Below, piece after piece: positions 43,779-55,700 of a stretch of DNA of 64,000 nt. The notes below the pieces were generated by a model that worked only from the letters and a program-made list of their open reading frames with translations, was not told where the DNA came from and ran no database searches. Made by a program: the position numbers and the translations under genes. The stretch's first letter is position 1; every line of letters starts with the position of its first letter. Source of the DNA: Thecamonas trahens ATCC 50062 (taxonomy: Eukaryota > Protista > Apusomonadida); NCBI RefSeq assembly GCF_000142905.1, contig NW_013657654.1:310001-374000 (forward strand), read 5' to 3'.

Positions 43779-46700
43779 ATGGTAGACAGTGTCGGGATGT
43801 GGAGAGGGAGCAACGCGTGGCGGGTGGTCGTGGCTGGATGGGCAGTCTGGCTCTGCTGGTCAGCAATGATGGCGGTAGGAGTTATTGGTGCTGAAGTGTT
43901 TGTACCTGCTGCTTCTGGTGGTGGTACTCTTTCTGCTGTGGCTTCAGCTGGAGCGGGACTGAGTTCAGGAGATGTACTCGTTCTGGGTCCTGGTATCTTT
44001 AGTGATTGCACCTCCGCGGTCTCCTCCATTCCGCTGCATGCAGAGGTCATAGTCCGTGGTCAACAAGATGGCTCAACTGTCATCGATTGCTCATCTTCCT
44101 CTGCCGCTGCTGTCGTCTTTGATCTTGCTCTCGCTGGCTCTCGCTCGGCTGATATTACCTTTGAGTACTTATCGTTTGTCTCGGTCGCAGCGGCTGTCGT
44201 TGTCGACATGCCGCCCAAGATCGTGCTCAACATCGCAAACATCTCGGTCACAAACGGCTCTGGCTACGCGCTGCAGGTCTTGTCCGGTGGCTCGGTCGTT
44301 GTCAACGGCGCGACTACCTTACACACGCCGCTCTTACACCACACGGGTGGAGTGGCGGCATTGAGCTCGATTGCGCTCGCTGGACTCGACGTCCGCGGCT
44401 CGGGAGATGCACAGTTGGCGCCGGTGACCGTCGTCAACCCGGCAGCATCGCTGGCCATTTCCAACTCGCAGTTTGCCGACATGGTTGTCGACAGCTCGGT
44501 CGTTGCGTCTCCTCAGGTTGCTGCGAGCCTGATCGATACCATGATTGCCAACGTGACAAGCGCAGGCACTGGCGGTACCCTTATTTCCAACGCTGCACTC
44601 ATCTCTGGCTGCGTCTTTGCTGACGTAGCCATGAGCGGAAGTGGCAAGGCGGTGGTGTCGACGAGCTCGCCGGTGGCCACGCTCCGGGTCGAGACCTCGT
44701 CGTTTGTGCGTGTCAGCATTGACAACATCTCGCCGATGCAGGGTGTCATCCACCGGGGGCCCGGCGGAGCGATAGAGGTCGTCGACACGGTTGTGTCAGA
44801 GTGCCACGCGCCGGCGCTGCTGACGTACACTGTAGCGTCGGGCGTGGTCGTGCGCGACGTCCACTTTTTCGACAACGTCGTGAGCAGCGGGCTTGTGACA
44901 GGTTTTGTCTCTACGCCGTCGCTGGTGCTGGAGCGGGCAAGGTTGGAGAGCAACGCCGTGACCGGAGCCGGTGCGACGGTCGATGTCACCGTTGCGGCCG
45001 GCGGCGCGGCCGTGGTCGATGGCTGTGTCTTTTACAGTAACTCGGCCGGAGGCGCCGGTGGCCTGGCGCTGACCGGCACAACCGGGAGCGTCACTCTCCG
45101 TGGCGGGAACATGTTTCTGGCCAACGCTGGTGCGGGCGATGGTGGCGGGCTCGCCATCACGCTGCCGACCGGCACTCTGGTGTCAGACGGGCTGCCGACA
45201 GTTTTGACAGGCAACGCTGCGCTTGGCTCGGGCGGTGGCCTCGCGCTCGAGGTGCCTTCTGTCCCGGCCCAGTTTGTCGTCAACGCTACCGAGAACAGGG
45301 CCGGCGCCAACGGTGGCGGTGCATACCTTGTCGCCGTCACGTCGCTGGGCGGACACTGGACGTTGTCGAAGAACTCGGCACAGGCAGCCGGAGGCGGGCT
45401 GGCGCTTACTGACAGCGGTGGGACGAGCGGCACGTTTGCGCTTGCAGCGAGTGCGTCGTGGACGCTCTCGAGCAACAGCGCAGGGGCCAACGGCGGCGGG
45501 TTGGCGGTGCTGGCGAGCGCGCTGAGCGGGTTCGACGCAACCGCCCCCGATGCGCTGCTGGAAGTGACTCACAACACGGCGGCAAGTTCGGGCGGCGGGC
45601 TGGCGCTGATGGCGAGCACGGGACACCGGCTGGGAAGCACCGCTGCGGTCCAAGTGACCGGCAACACCGCCGAGGTGTCTGGCGGCGGTCTGTATGTCGC
45701 CGGCAGCTTTGGCATGGTTGTTTCCGTTGGTGGCGCAACAGTGGCAGGCAACACAGCGACGACCGGTTCTGGCGGCGGCATGCTGATGGCGTCGACAGGC
45801 GGTGCGCTTGATGTCCGCGATGCGCACTTTACAGGCAACCGTGTGCTGTCGGCGCTGGCAACCACTGGTGGCGGCGGCATCTTTGTGTCGGGCGCCGAGC
45901 TCAATGCGACCCGCACGGTCTTTGCGCAGAACACGGTGACCGGCCTTGGCTCGGCGCTCATGCTCGCGACCGGGGTGGATGCGTCGCTGAGTGAGTGCTC
46001 TGTCGAGAGCAACACTGGAGCGGGCGCGGCGATTTACCTTGCAGCCGCCACGCAGCTTGTTGCCAACGCAAGCGTGGTGAGGAGCAACAGTGCTACATCG
46101 AGCCAGCCCGGCGGGCTCTATATCGAGGACACAGCGTCGGCGTGGTTTGATCCACTGGCGGCGGTGTGTGGCAACACGGGCGGAGTGTGTGAACCCAACG
46201 TGGTGTGCGGCGGAAGCAGCGCAAAGTCGTACGGCCTGCCCAACGGATGCGGAACGGGTGGCTCGGCATGCCGGCAAGGCGTACCTCTGGGTTGCTCGGC
46301 GACGGCGCGCAACGCCAAGTGTGCCAGCTGTCGGAACGGGTGGAGCGGCGACGACTGCAGTACCGCGCTCTTGTGCATCACGCCAGTATGCGCAGCTCCG
46401 GAGAGCGCCAAGGTGCCTGCGTTCTGCCCGGCATGTGAGCTCGGCTCGGGGCGAACGCCGGACCTGACCGGCTGCATGGAATGTACCAACGGCACGTTTG
46501 CGACGCTGCCGAGCGAGACTTGCAGCGTTTGCTCAGCCCAGTGCGCGAGTTGCGTTGGGCTAGCGACCAACTGCACAGAGTGCGTAAGCGCGGACCAGGA
46601 GCTCGTTGCCGGGCCTGACGGGGTGACTCGCTGTGAGATGCGGTCAGGCAGCGCTGGAGCGGGAGCTGGGCGTGTGGCTTTCTGGGATGACGCCTTTGGG

Positions 46701-47929
46701 ACCGGGGCGGTGTGGGCGAGGCCGTCGTCACTCGCGTTGGAGCTGCTGGTGGCGGTGGGCGTCGTGGCGCTCGTGCTTTCGGCGTGGAGCCGCAAACGGG
46801 AGGCGCGCAAGTATGCGACCGATCCGATGAAGTGGCGAGCGCTCCCTTTCCCGCTGATGGTGCTCGCGGAGCACCCGCTCGCAAGTCTTGTGGTTGTTCA
46901 GCTGGTGCCGGGCCCGCCGCTGCTGCGGCTGCAAGAACGCGGGCTCTTGCTGGGGCTCTCGCTCGGAGCATACTTGGCAGCAGCTCTGGCGCTTCCTGTG
47001 GCGCGGCACGCAGCATACTCACCAGGCCAGAGCGCACTCTCGTTCGACCGACTGGGCGACGCAGCTCTTGCAGCGTCGGTGGGCGGGCTGACAAGCACCT
47101 TCCTCGCAACGTGGCTCGGTCCTCTGCTTTACGCCGACCCACGGGCATCGCGGCGACAGGGATTTGTGGCGAGTGGATGCGCGGCCGGAGTCGAGGCTCT
47201 TGTGATGGCTGGCCTCACGTCGATGATCTGCCTGCGGCCCGAAGGATTTTCGGTGCCGTGTGTGGCGGCTGTAGTCAGCGCATCGATCACGCTCAGTCTG
47301 CTCGTCGTAGAGCCGGCTGTGACCACGTTCAGACACTTTGTGCTCGGTGTGCGTGCGATCCGCGTCGCCACGTGTGGCAATGGCGGGCTCTTGCGGTCGG
47401 CACAGATTGCAGCTGTGCAGGCGGCGAAGAGACGCGGTGGGACCGCAGATGGGACCGCAGAGGGGAAAACTGCAGTGATGCTGCGACCGCGCCTCCCGTC
47501 GTTGCCGAGCTTGCTGGGCGACTTTGAGCTGGGCGACCTTGACTCTGAGCTCTGCTCATCAAGAATTGGCACACCGAAAGACTTCTCAGCTTCGACCGGG
47601 TTGGCATTGACATGGACGTGCTGCTGCAGACCCTGCCGCAACGCGCATCCGAAGCGACCAGCGGTGAGCTCGCATCGCAGACGCAGCTGTACCGCGTGGT
47701 CGTCTCCAACGGTGCGGAGGCCATGGACTCGCTCGAGTTGCTGGCGACTGAAGGCGACTCGGTGCCACTCTCTCCGACCACCTCGTCGCCGATCTTACCG
47801 TCGTTGCCGCAGCCATTGTCGCCAAGTGCACCCCAGCTGTCTCCGTCGGCGCCGCGCCGCTTGTCGCGGGCCCGGGCTACCAAACGCGGTCGGGCCAGCA
47901 GCAGCAGCTCGCTGGGCAAACGGCGCTAG
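43779..47929 (+). CDS. Cell-surface protein: PMP-like right-handed beta-helix repeats, EGF/furin-like Cys-rich region and a multipass TM C-terminus; probable frameshift near 47549
   Basis: Signal peptide. Many NxAxxxGGGL repeats. CASCRNGWSGDDC and CSVCSAQCASC. Several hydrophobic segments. The tail continues as ALLIKNWHTERLLSFDRVGIDMDVLL to TAG 47929 if one G is added at GAG (G)CT. Confidence 0.8.
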
Positions 47930-48157
47930 CGGCGGTATACATGATCAAGTAAATGTTGCATGTTGGGATGAGCTAGTATGTGACCGGAAGGCTCTGTTTG
48001 TCTACCATTCTTGACAGAGTAGCCTGCGAGCGTGGTCCGAGGGCACGGCCAACCACCTGACGCCACCAGCTGACCAGGTGACGAGCCAACCAGCTGCGCA
48101 CAAGACAGACCGAGGGAAGGAATACGAGCTGAGTTGCACACTCTCTGGCAAGCGAGC

Positions 48158-51100
48158 ATGAAACGGTTTCGCAGCAAGGCGTTGGCCGTGACGGCTGCGA
48201 GCAAGTTCCGAGCGGCTGCAAAGGTACGTGGTTGTGAGGGGGGGGGGGGGGGGGGGGAAGGGGAGGGAGCGGACGGAAGGATGTGCATGCACGTCACATT
48301 TTCTTCCATTCCATATGTTTTTTTTTTGATGAGAGAATCGAATGTCAAGTGAAAATGATTATGTCTGTGTGGGGGGGGGGGGGGGGGGGGGGAAGGGGTT
48401 GGCTGAAGGCGGATGCGTGGCTAACAGCGCGCTGAGGGGGAGGGCGGCAGCATGGCGCGAGCAAGATGGCAGGGACCAAGGCTGGGCGCAAGATCCAAGG
48501 CATGGCAGAGTCGGCGTACTCGCGGACACCGGCGGGGAAGCGGTATGCGGAGCGGAAGATGTCGCGGCTGCGGGCAGAGGAGGACGCGTTTCTGGTCGAT
48601 CTCATGGAGGCTCAGTTTGACGCGGAGACGATGACCTCAGTGGAGGCTGCCATGGCCAAGGCACTGGCAGAGGTTGGTCTCGATGGCGAACGGGCGCGCG
48701 GGCGCGGCGGCCAGGTGGACATGACGCCCGAGGCTATTCCCGGCTGGGCCGGAACACCGCTGGCCGATGGCGAGTTTGAGGTCGGCGTCTGCGCCGCGAG
48801 CGAGGACGTCGAGTTTGCGAACGCCCTTGCCGAGGTCCTCATCGAGGGCGGGTTCTCGGTCACGACGGACCACGCGGCGCTCCATAACACGCGAGTGTTT
48901 GTCCTTGTCTACTCGGAGTTTACCGTCGCCGAGGCGCCGTCGCGGCTCCTCACCGACGCATCATCGCGGTTCAACAATGGGCTCACGACTATCATTCCTG
49001 TCGTCCACCCGCGATGCTCGCCGTACGTGCTGGACAAAATCCCCGACTCGCTCGCGTACGCGCTCGCCAACACCACCTGGTTCAACTTTCAGTTTGACCT
49101 CGATCCGATGTCCGAGGTCTACGACGACCTCGCGTCGACGCTCAACAACTACCTCCGTCCGCACGAGGCCTCGTGGTGGCTCACTGGGGTGTGGCGGTTC
49201 GAGCTGGTGGTGACCGGCGAGGCCGGCTCGGCCGTCTACGAGGTCAAGGACGTCCTCGTGTACCTCGAGCAGCTGGACGCGACGGCTGTCCGTGGCCTCA
49301 CCGTCGACGGCATCGCGTTCACTGGGCGCCTCGACGGGACCTCGCTCTCGCTCACCGGCCGGTACGCCGGTCGATGGGTCCAGGACTCGGAGGGGTGGCA
49401 GTCCGAGTTTCTCGGCTTTGTCTCGCACTACGATCTCGTGCTTCGCAACGTCGGCCACTCGCTCGAGGGCACGTACGCCGACTACACGCCAGAGGGCGGG
49501 CTCCGGCACGGAACTGCGCGCGGCGAACGTGGCGGCTCGGGCATCACTGGCTTTTACAAGCTCGCCCTTGACGAGACGGACAACCTACCGCTGGCGCTGT
49601 ACCACACTGGAGCAACCCGGCTCGAGCTTGCCCTTCCCGGCGCGTACGGCACCGTCCTCGACGGCGTGTTTGACGGCAACAAGTTTACCGTCGCCGCTGA
49701 GCTTGGCCCGCACAAGGCCATCACCTTTGTCGGCTACCTCAAGCGCCGCGACGACGCCCGCCTCCACCTCAAGCGGCACCACCTCAAGGGAGTGTACTAC
49801 GCCGTCGAGGGCGGGCTCAACATCGTCGGCGCCCGAAAGTTCAAGGCCAAGTACTTGACCGAGTCGCGAGTCGGCCTCGTGCCCTCGCCGCCGCTGTATC
49901 AAGCCGGCTACGAGGGCGAGACCGGCGGCGAGACTCCGCCGGACGCCAGCGTTGACTCGATGCTGCACCAGCGGCTCCTCGACGCACATCTTGGAACGGG
50001 CACTCGGACGTCTTCGGCGGCATTTAGGCAGTATGTGTTCAATCCGCTCGCGGACGGCGAGTTTGCCGCCGTCATTGCCGGGCCGGACGACGTCATCGCA
50101 CAGCACGCAAGCTCGCTGGCAGCGGCACTCGAGGCTGCCGGCGTCGGCCCAATCTCCACCGACTACAAGGCCCACGGCAGTTCAGCGAGGACCATGGTCT
50201 TACTCCTCTCGATGGCTACCGCTGGCGACGCTGCACTGGTTGACTACGTGTGCGCCGCAGCGGGGGCAGGCATGCCGATTTTCAACGTCGGCGTCGCGTC
50301 ATGGTGGGACATCTTCTGCTCATCCGCGTGGGAGCCGGCGGCGGCGTCGCGGTTCAAGGCAGCGCTGGCGCGGCTGAACATGACCGACGCGTCGACGCTG
50401 CAGCCAGACCACTCGTCATTCAAGGCACTGGTGGCTTCGATCAGGTCGCACATTGTGCCGCGGCAGCACATTCTCTCGGGCGCATGGATGCTGCGGCCGA
50501 GCTCAATGTCGGCCGACGCGGTGGGAGCGGGAGTAGCCGAGGTGCCTGCGGTGGCGACGTCGGCATCGGCATCGGCCGCCGCCGAAGACCTCACCTACTT
50601 TCTGCAGGTCTACCAGCAGCCGACTTCGGACGCGGTGACCGCAGTCGACTTGCGCGGCCACCGGTGGAGTGGCCGGTTGAGCGGGGCAGAGCTGGTCCTG
50701 ACCTCGGATGGGATGGAGATTATCATGTCGCTCTCTGAGTGCGGGACGGTGATGCAGGGCACTATGCAGACCACGTCGCACGACGCGGTGACCGGCAACG
50801 ACAACTGGGCGGCATCATCCCAAGGCGGAGTGACCAAACGCGACAAGCTTCTCGGCTCGGCGCAGTGGATCAAGAAGCGGCTGAGCAAGGTCAAGTCGTA
50901 CCACTACACCGGGACGCTTGAGGCCGATGGGCTCTCGGGCCTGTTCTTCGAAAAGCCCGAGGCCGAGCTCGACGAGGCGTCAGCGAATATGGTCCAGCGG
51001 GCACTGGCCTTTCACGCCGAGACCGGTGGTTGCAAGCGCGCCGGCGTGGAAGGCGACGCTGCTACGGCGTCGCGCGTGGTCTCTGCTATTGCCGAGCCGC

Positions 51101-52671
51101 GGTTCTTTGGTGTCTTCCAGCGCGGCGGCTCGCGGCTACTGGTCAAGTACGCTGACTCGTTCTACAACGGAACCGTCCGCGATGGAGCAGCCAAGTTTGT
51201 CGTCAAGACCAAGTCGGGGGAGTACAAGACTGTGGTGGGCCGGATTGTTCATGGCCGCTCGGGTACGTTTCTCCGCGGGTACTCGTACACCTCGCGGCGT
51301 GGGGCGTTCAAGCTCGCGTACCGGGCCAAGAAGCATCTCTCCGAGGAGAACGTGCCTGTGATTGCCGCTGCAGACGAAGCCGCGTCCGGAGTTCTATGTC
51401 CGCTCGCGCTTGTCATGGACGTCGTCGATGGCTACTGGGCCGCGCTCCTTGCCGGCGAGTACAGTGTGTTTGTCTCGCTTTGGGTTCCCGGGACGGACAC
51501 GACGCTGTCGCGGACAGATTTCGCGGCGCTGGCGGCGAGCGTGGCGACTGCGGAACCGCCATTCGGCGAGTACGTTGATGCTCAGTATGTGGGGCGGATC
51601 CCGATTGAGAACGATTCACTCGAGGCGTGGCGGTATGAGTTTGAGTGCCAGTTCACGGCGCGGAGCCTCCGATACTGTTTCTTCCTCACCGACGGCGGTA
51701 AGATTGTGCGGGCCATGGCGCAGGCGGACCGGACAGCCCACACCCGGGCGTCGCAGCATGACGTAATGATCTCGTACAGGTCAACCGACGCCGGCTTTGT
51801 TGACGTCTTGCAGGCTTACCTCGAAGACCACGGGGTCTCGGTCTGGCGCGACCGGCGGATGGAGGCCGGGACCGACTGGTCGTCGACCATCGCGGCGGCG
51901 TCGCGTGGAGCGTCGTCAATCCTCATCTCGGCGCTCTCGCGCAACTACCTCGCCTCGTCGCTCTGCACCAAGGAAGTGCGACTGGCCGCAGAGCTGGGTA
52001 AGCCGATTCTTCCGATTATTCTCCCTGCGACAGCCGAGCCAGGCGAGGGTGGGCGGCGGATGGTGGCTGCTCCGTACGAAGCGTCCGGACCACCGGCAAC
52101 GATCGCGCGGGCGCTTGCTAACGTCACCATGGTCGACCTGCGTGGGGCGTACAGCGGCCCGGACCCCGAGGATGGCCGTGCTCTGCGCAGGGCGTACCCG
52201 ACGCAAATGTCTGCGCTGCTCCGTCAGATCCGGCACTCGCTCGCCTCGGGCATCACGTGGGACGTGAGTGGCAAGTGGCGGCTGTCGATGACGTCTGTTG
52301 GCGAAGAGGCCGAGACCATGGCACCGACGCTGGAGCTAGTCCAGTCAGGCTCGGCCGTCACCGGCGCAGCCTCACTCTTCAACGGCATGGTTGCGCTCGA
52401 GGTAGACGAGGCTGCATCGGGTGCGCTCGGATCACGGCTCTTCTTCACTCTTCTCTGCGACGACCGGCGGTGGCAGTTTACGGTCCGGGCCATGCTCGCA
52501 GTCGACGGCGAGTCATTTGATGGGCTCTTCTGGTCGCCGTCGGGCAACCGCGGGGTGATTTCGGCCGCCCGGGTCTCACGTCGCGAGTCGGTCAACGTCG
52601 GAGGAAGGTCATCGCGCAACCTCGAGTCACTTGCGGACGCGGTGGCGAGCGCGTTGGAGAGCAGCCCTTAG
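48158..52671 (+). CDS. Multi-TIR protein (two degenerate and one intact TIR_2) interspersed with beta-barrel-like repeats; 2 exons: 48158-48223 and 48451-52671
   Basis: TIR_2 motif HDVMISYRSTD...GVSVWRD...GTDWSSTI...LSRNYLASSLCTKEVRLAAELGKPILPI. Phase-0 intron 48224-48450: GTACGT...GCTAAC...GGCAG. Confidence 0.85.
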
Positions 52672-52738
52672 CGGAGCGGTCGTTGCGCGCCGCAGAGTGA
52701 GCATGACGAATGCGTCAGCCACAGCCCTGTGGCTGAGT

Positions 52739-55700
52739 CTAAGTTGTCATCTTTGTTTCGGCGGTGGTAGGCACCGAGTTGGTCGACCGCCGCCGTCTGT
52801 GGGCGATACGATTGATCCGAGAGAGCGTCACCGAGCCTGGTGGAGTCGGTGTCGTGTCGTCTCGCGGCAAGGGCTTGAGAGCAGGGGACAAGGAAAGTGC
52901 CCGCGCCCGGGAACTGCTCCGAACCCGAACTCTCCGCTTGCGGGTGACGGCATGTGAGACCTTTGAGGCGTTCGAGGCATCGGATGCGCCCGAAGCTTCG
53001 CTGCTGTTGCCATCGCCATCGATGATGCGGCTGTTGCGTGCGCGAGCAACAGCCAGATGCGTCCCGACTTGACCATGGGAGGCTGACGAGACCATGTTGC
53101 GCGCCGATCTCGTGCGGAGAGCGCGTGGCTCGCGCGGGCTAGTTCTGGCCATGTTGCGGTGGGTTTTGGTGCGACGGACGGCACAACGTTCGATCTCGTA
53201 TGACGACGTGTGGGCGCGGGCAGTTTGCGAGCCGTTGCGATCTTGAAGACAGGCATGGCCACGAGGCGAGATGACACCCGCAACATGATACTCGGTTGAA
53301 TGGAGCGAAATCGAGCGCGGGCGGGACAGCCTGGTGCCAGACGGAGAGCGGCCGCGCGAGTTTGCGAGCCTCTCCGAGGGCGAAGTGCCCTCGATCGAGT
53401 GACGTACAAGTGCTTCGACGAGGGCAACACCGGATGGTGGATCGGCAGCCGTGTTGGGTGGACTGCTGGTGGCGAGGGAGCTGGCCATGGGAAAGGTGTT
53501 GGTTGTTGACTTGCCGAGCGAGCTGAGCGCTTGCTTTGTAGTCATGCGATTGGCGAGCGCCGGTGCGGCCACAATGTCGCTGGGGATGGCGTCTTCGTCG
53601 GGCCAGACGCTGGCAAATACGTCACCAGTGAGCAGGATGGCTGATCTGGCGATGCGCCGCATGCGGTCGTCGGTAAAGCACAGCGAGCGAGAAGCAAGGT
53701 CAGCTGGAAGCATCTCCCAGATTTCGCACGGCTGGGCGAGGCCGCTGAAAACGAGGACAGCCAACGGCGCAAGTGCAACAGCGGAGCGGGAGGTGCTCGG
53801 GCTAGGCGATGACGACCTGGCCGAGGCGATGCGGTCAACAACTTGCCGCGAGAGCGCAATTTGGCCGCCCCAGGCGGCGTCAGTGACTAGCGTGGCGAGA
53901 TTGGCCATGCCGCCAAAGTACTGGGACCTGCCCGCACGGACGTCAAAGGCCGATGAGACGCGGCCGTAGTGAACGCCCATTCGAACGCGGATTCCGTTCC
54001 AGCACGCGGGTCTTCCCTCGGCCATGAGGCTCAGCAACCAGTTTGGCCACGACACGTCCATAAGCGCGCGTTGGACACCGCAAGTAAAGCTGATCATGGC
54101 CTCGACATCTTCATAGGCGACAAAGAAAGCGTCGCCCTCAGTCTTGAACTCGTAGCCGCCGGTGGCGGCAATGGCGGCGCGCATGATCTCGTTGTGCTTG
54201 TCGAGAACAAGGATCATCTGTTCTGGATTGGCCTCCCACAGGGCGGTCGAGTCCTGGATGTCGGTGGTGACAATAAAGATCTCGCCCTGGGGCGCCTTGT
54301 CCGCTAGTGCGGCGTGGTATGCCGAGACAGACGCTGACCGCCGCGACCGGTAGAGGAGAACAATAGCGGCGATGAGGACAAGGCACAGGACCAAAAGCGC
54401 CCCGCTCATGGCAGCCACCGTCACAATTGACAGACCGCCCTCGGTGGTCTTGGTGTTCGGTGGACACTCCACATCTGCCGCCGAGCACATGCCACACGAC
54501 TTGAGCGTCTTTCCCGAGTTGGGGATGCCATCGCAGCCGGCACACACGGTGTTGTTGCCGTAGCAAGTGCCGCAGTCGTCCTTGGCGAGATTAGAGCCAA
54601 AGCAAACGCCGCAGTCGTCCATGGCCGCGTTGTGACCACGGCACACGCCGCAGCTATCAAGATCAGCATCGTCGCCAAAGCACACGCCACATGAGTCGCG
54701 ATCGGCGTTGCCGCGGAAGCACACTCCACAAGAGTCGCGGAAAAAGTTTGCCGTGGGAATGAGCGACGTCCCGCCGGCGCACGAGTTGCACTCGTCGATG
54801 GCGGCGGTACCGCTGCAAGTTCCGGTGCAGTCGTAAATGGCGGACGAGCCGAGGACGCCGTCGCAGCCCATGATGCACGACGAGCCGTCGCCGCCACAGA
54901 CACCACAGAGATCAAAGAGCGCGCCGCCGTCGGAGACACGGATTCCGTCGCAGCCGACACACGTCGAGTTGTCGCCATCGCACACGCCACAGGCATCGAG
55001 GACTCCGGACGCACAGGTGGTGCAGGTCAGATCCTGGCCAAAGCACACGCCACACGAGTCGAGGTGGTAGTTGTACGGGAGCGGAGTCGAGACGTTGCCG
55101 CCGGCACACATGCCGCAACTGTCGATGGTGGCGTTGCCGCCGCACACGCTGTGGCAGTCGTAGTGGATGCTCGAGCCGTAGACGCCGTCGCAGCCGACGT
55201 AGCATACAGTGGCGTTGCCGCCACAAACGCCGCACGCGTCGAAATGTGCGCCGCCTGAGGGAATCGGCACCCCGTCGCAGCCGAGGCAGGACGAGCCGTC
55301 GCCATCGCACACGCCACAGACGTCTCGGACGAGGCCCGAGTTGGGCACCCCATCGCAGCCGGCGCAGGTCGCGTTCGATCCAAAGCACACGCCGCAGCCG
55401 TCCTTGTGGGTGTTGGCGCCAAAGCAGACACCGCAGTCGTCGCGATCGGCGTTGCCGCCAAAGCACACGCCGCAGTCGTCGCGATCAGCATTGGGCAGGC
55501 GGTTGGTGGTGCCACCGGAGCAGACGTTGCATGCGTCGAGGATAGCGTTGCCATCGCAGGTGCCGGCGCAGTCCATGCCGTTAGGGTGCGCGCAGGTGGT
55601 GCAGGGCGCGCCTGGGGTGAGGCAGGCGTAGCCGGGCTCGAGCTGGCAGGAAGATGAGCAGCCATCGCCTGGAGCTGTGTTGCCATCGTCGCAGGATTCG

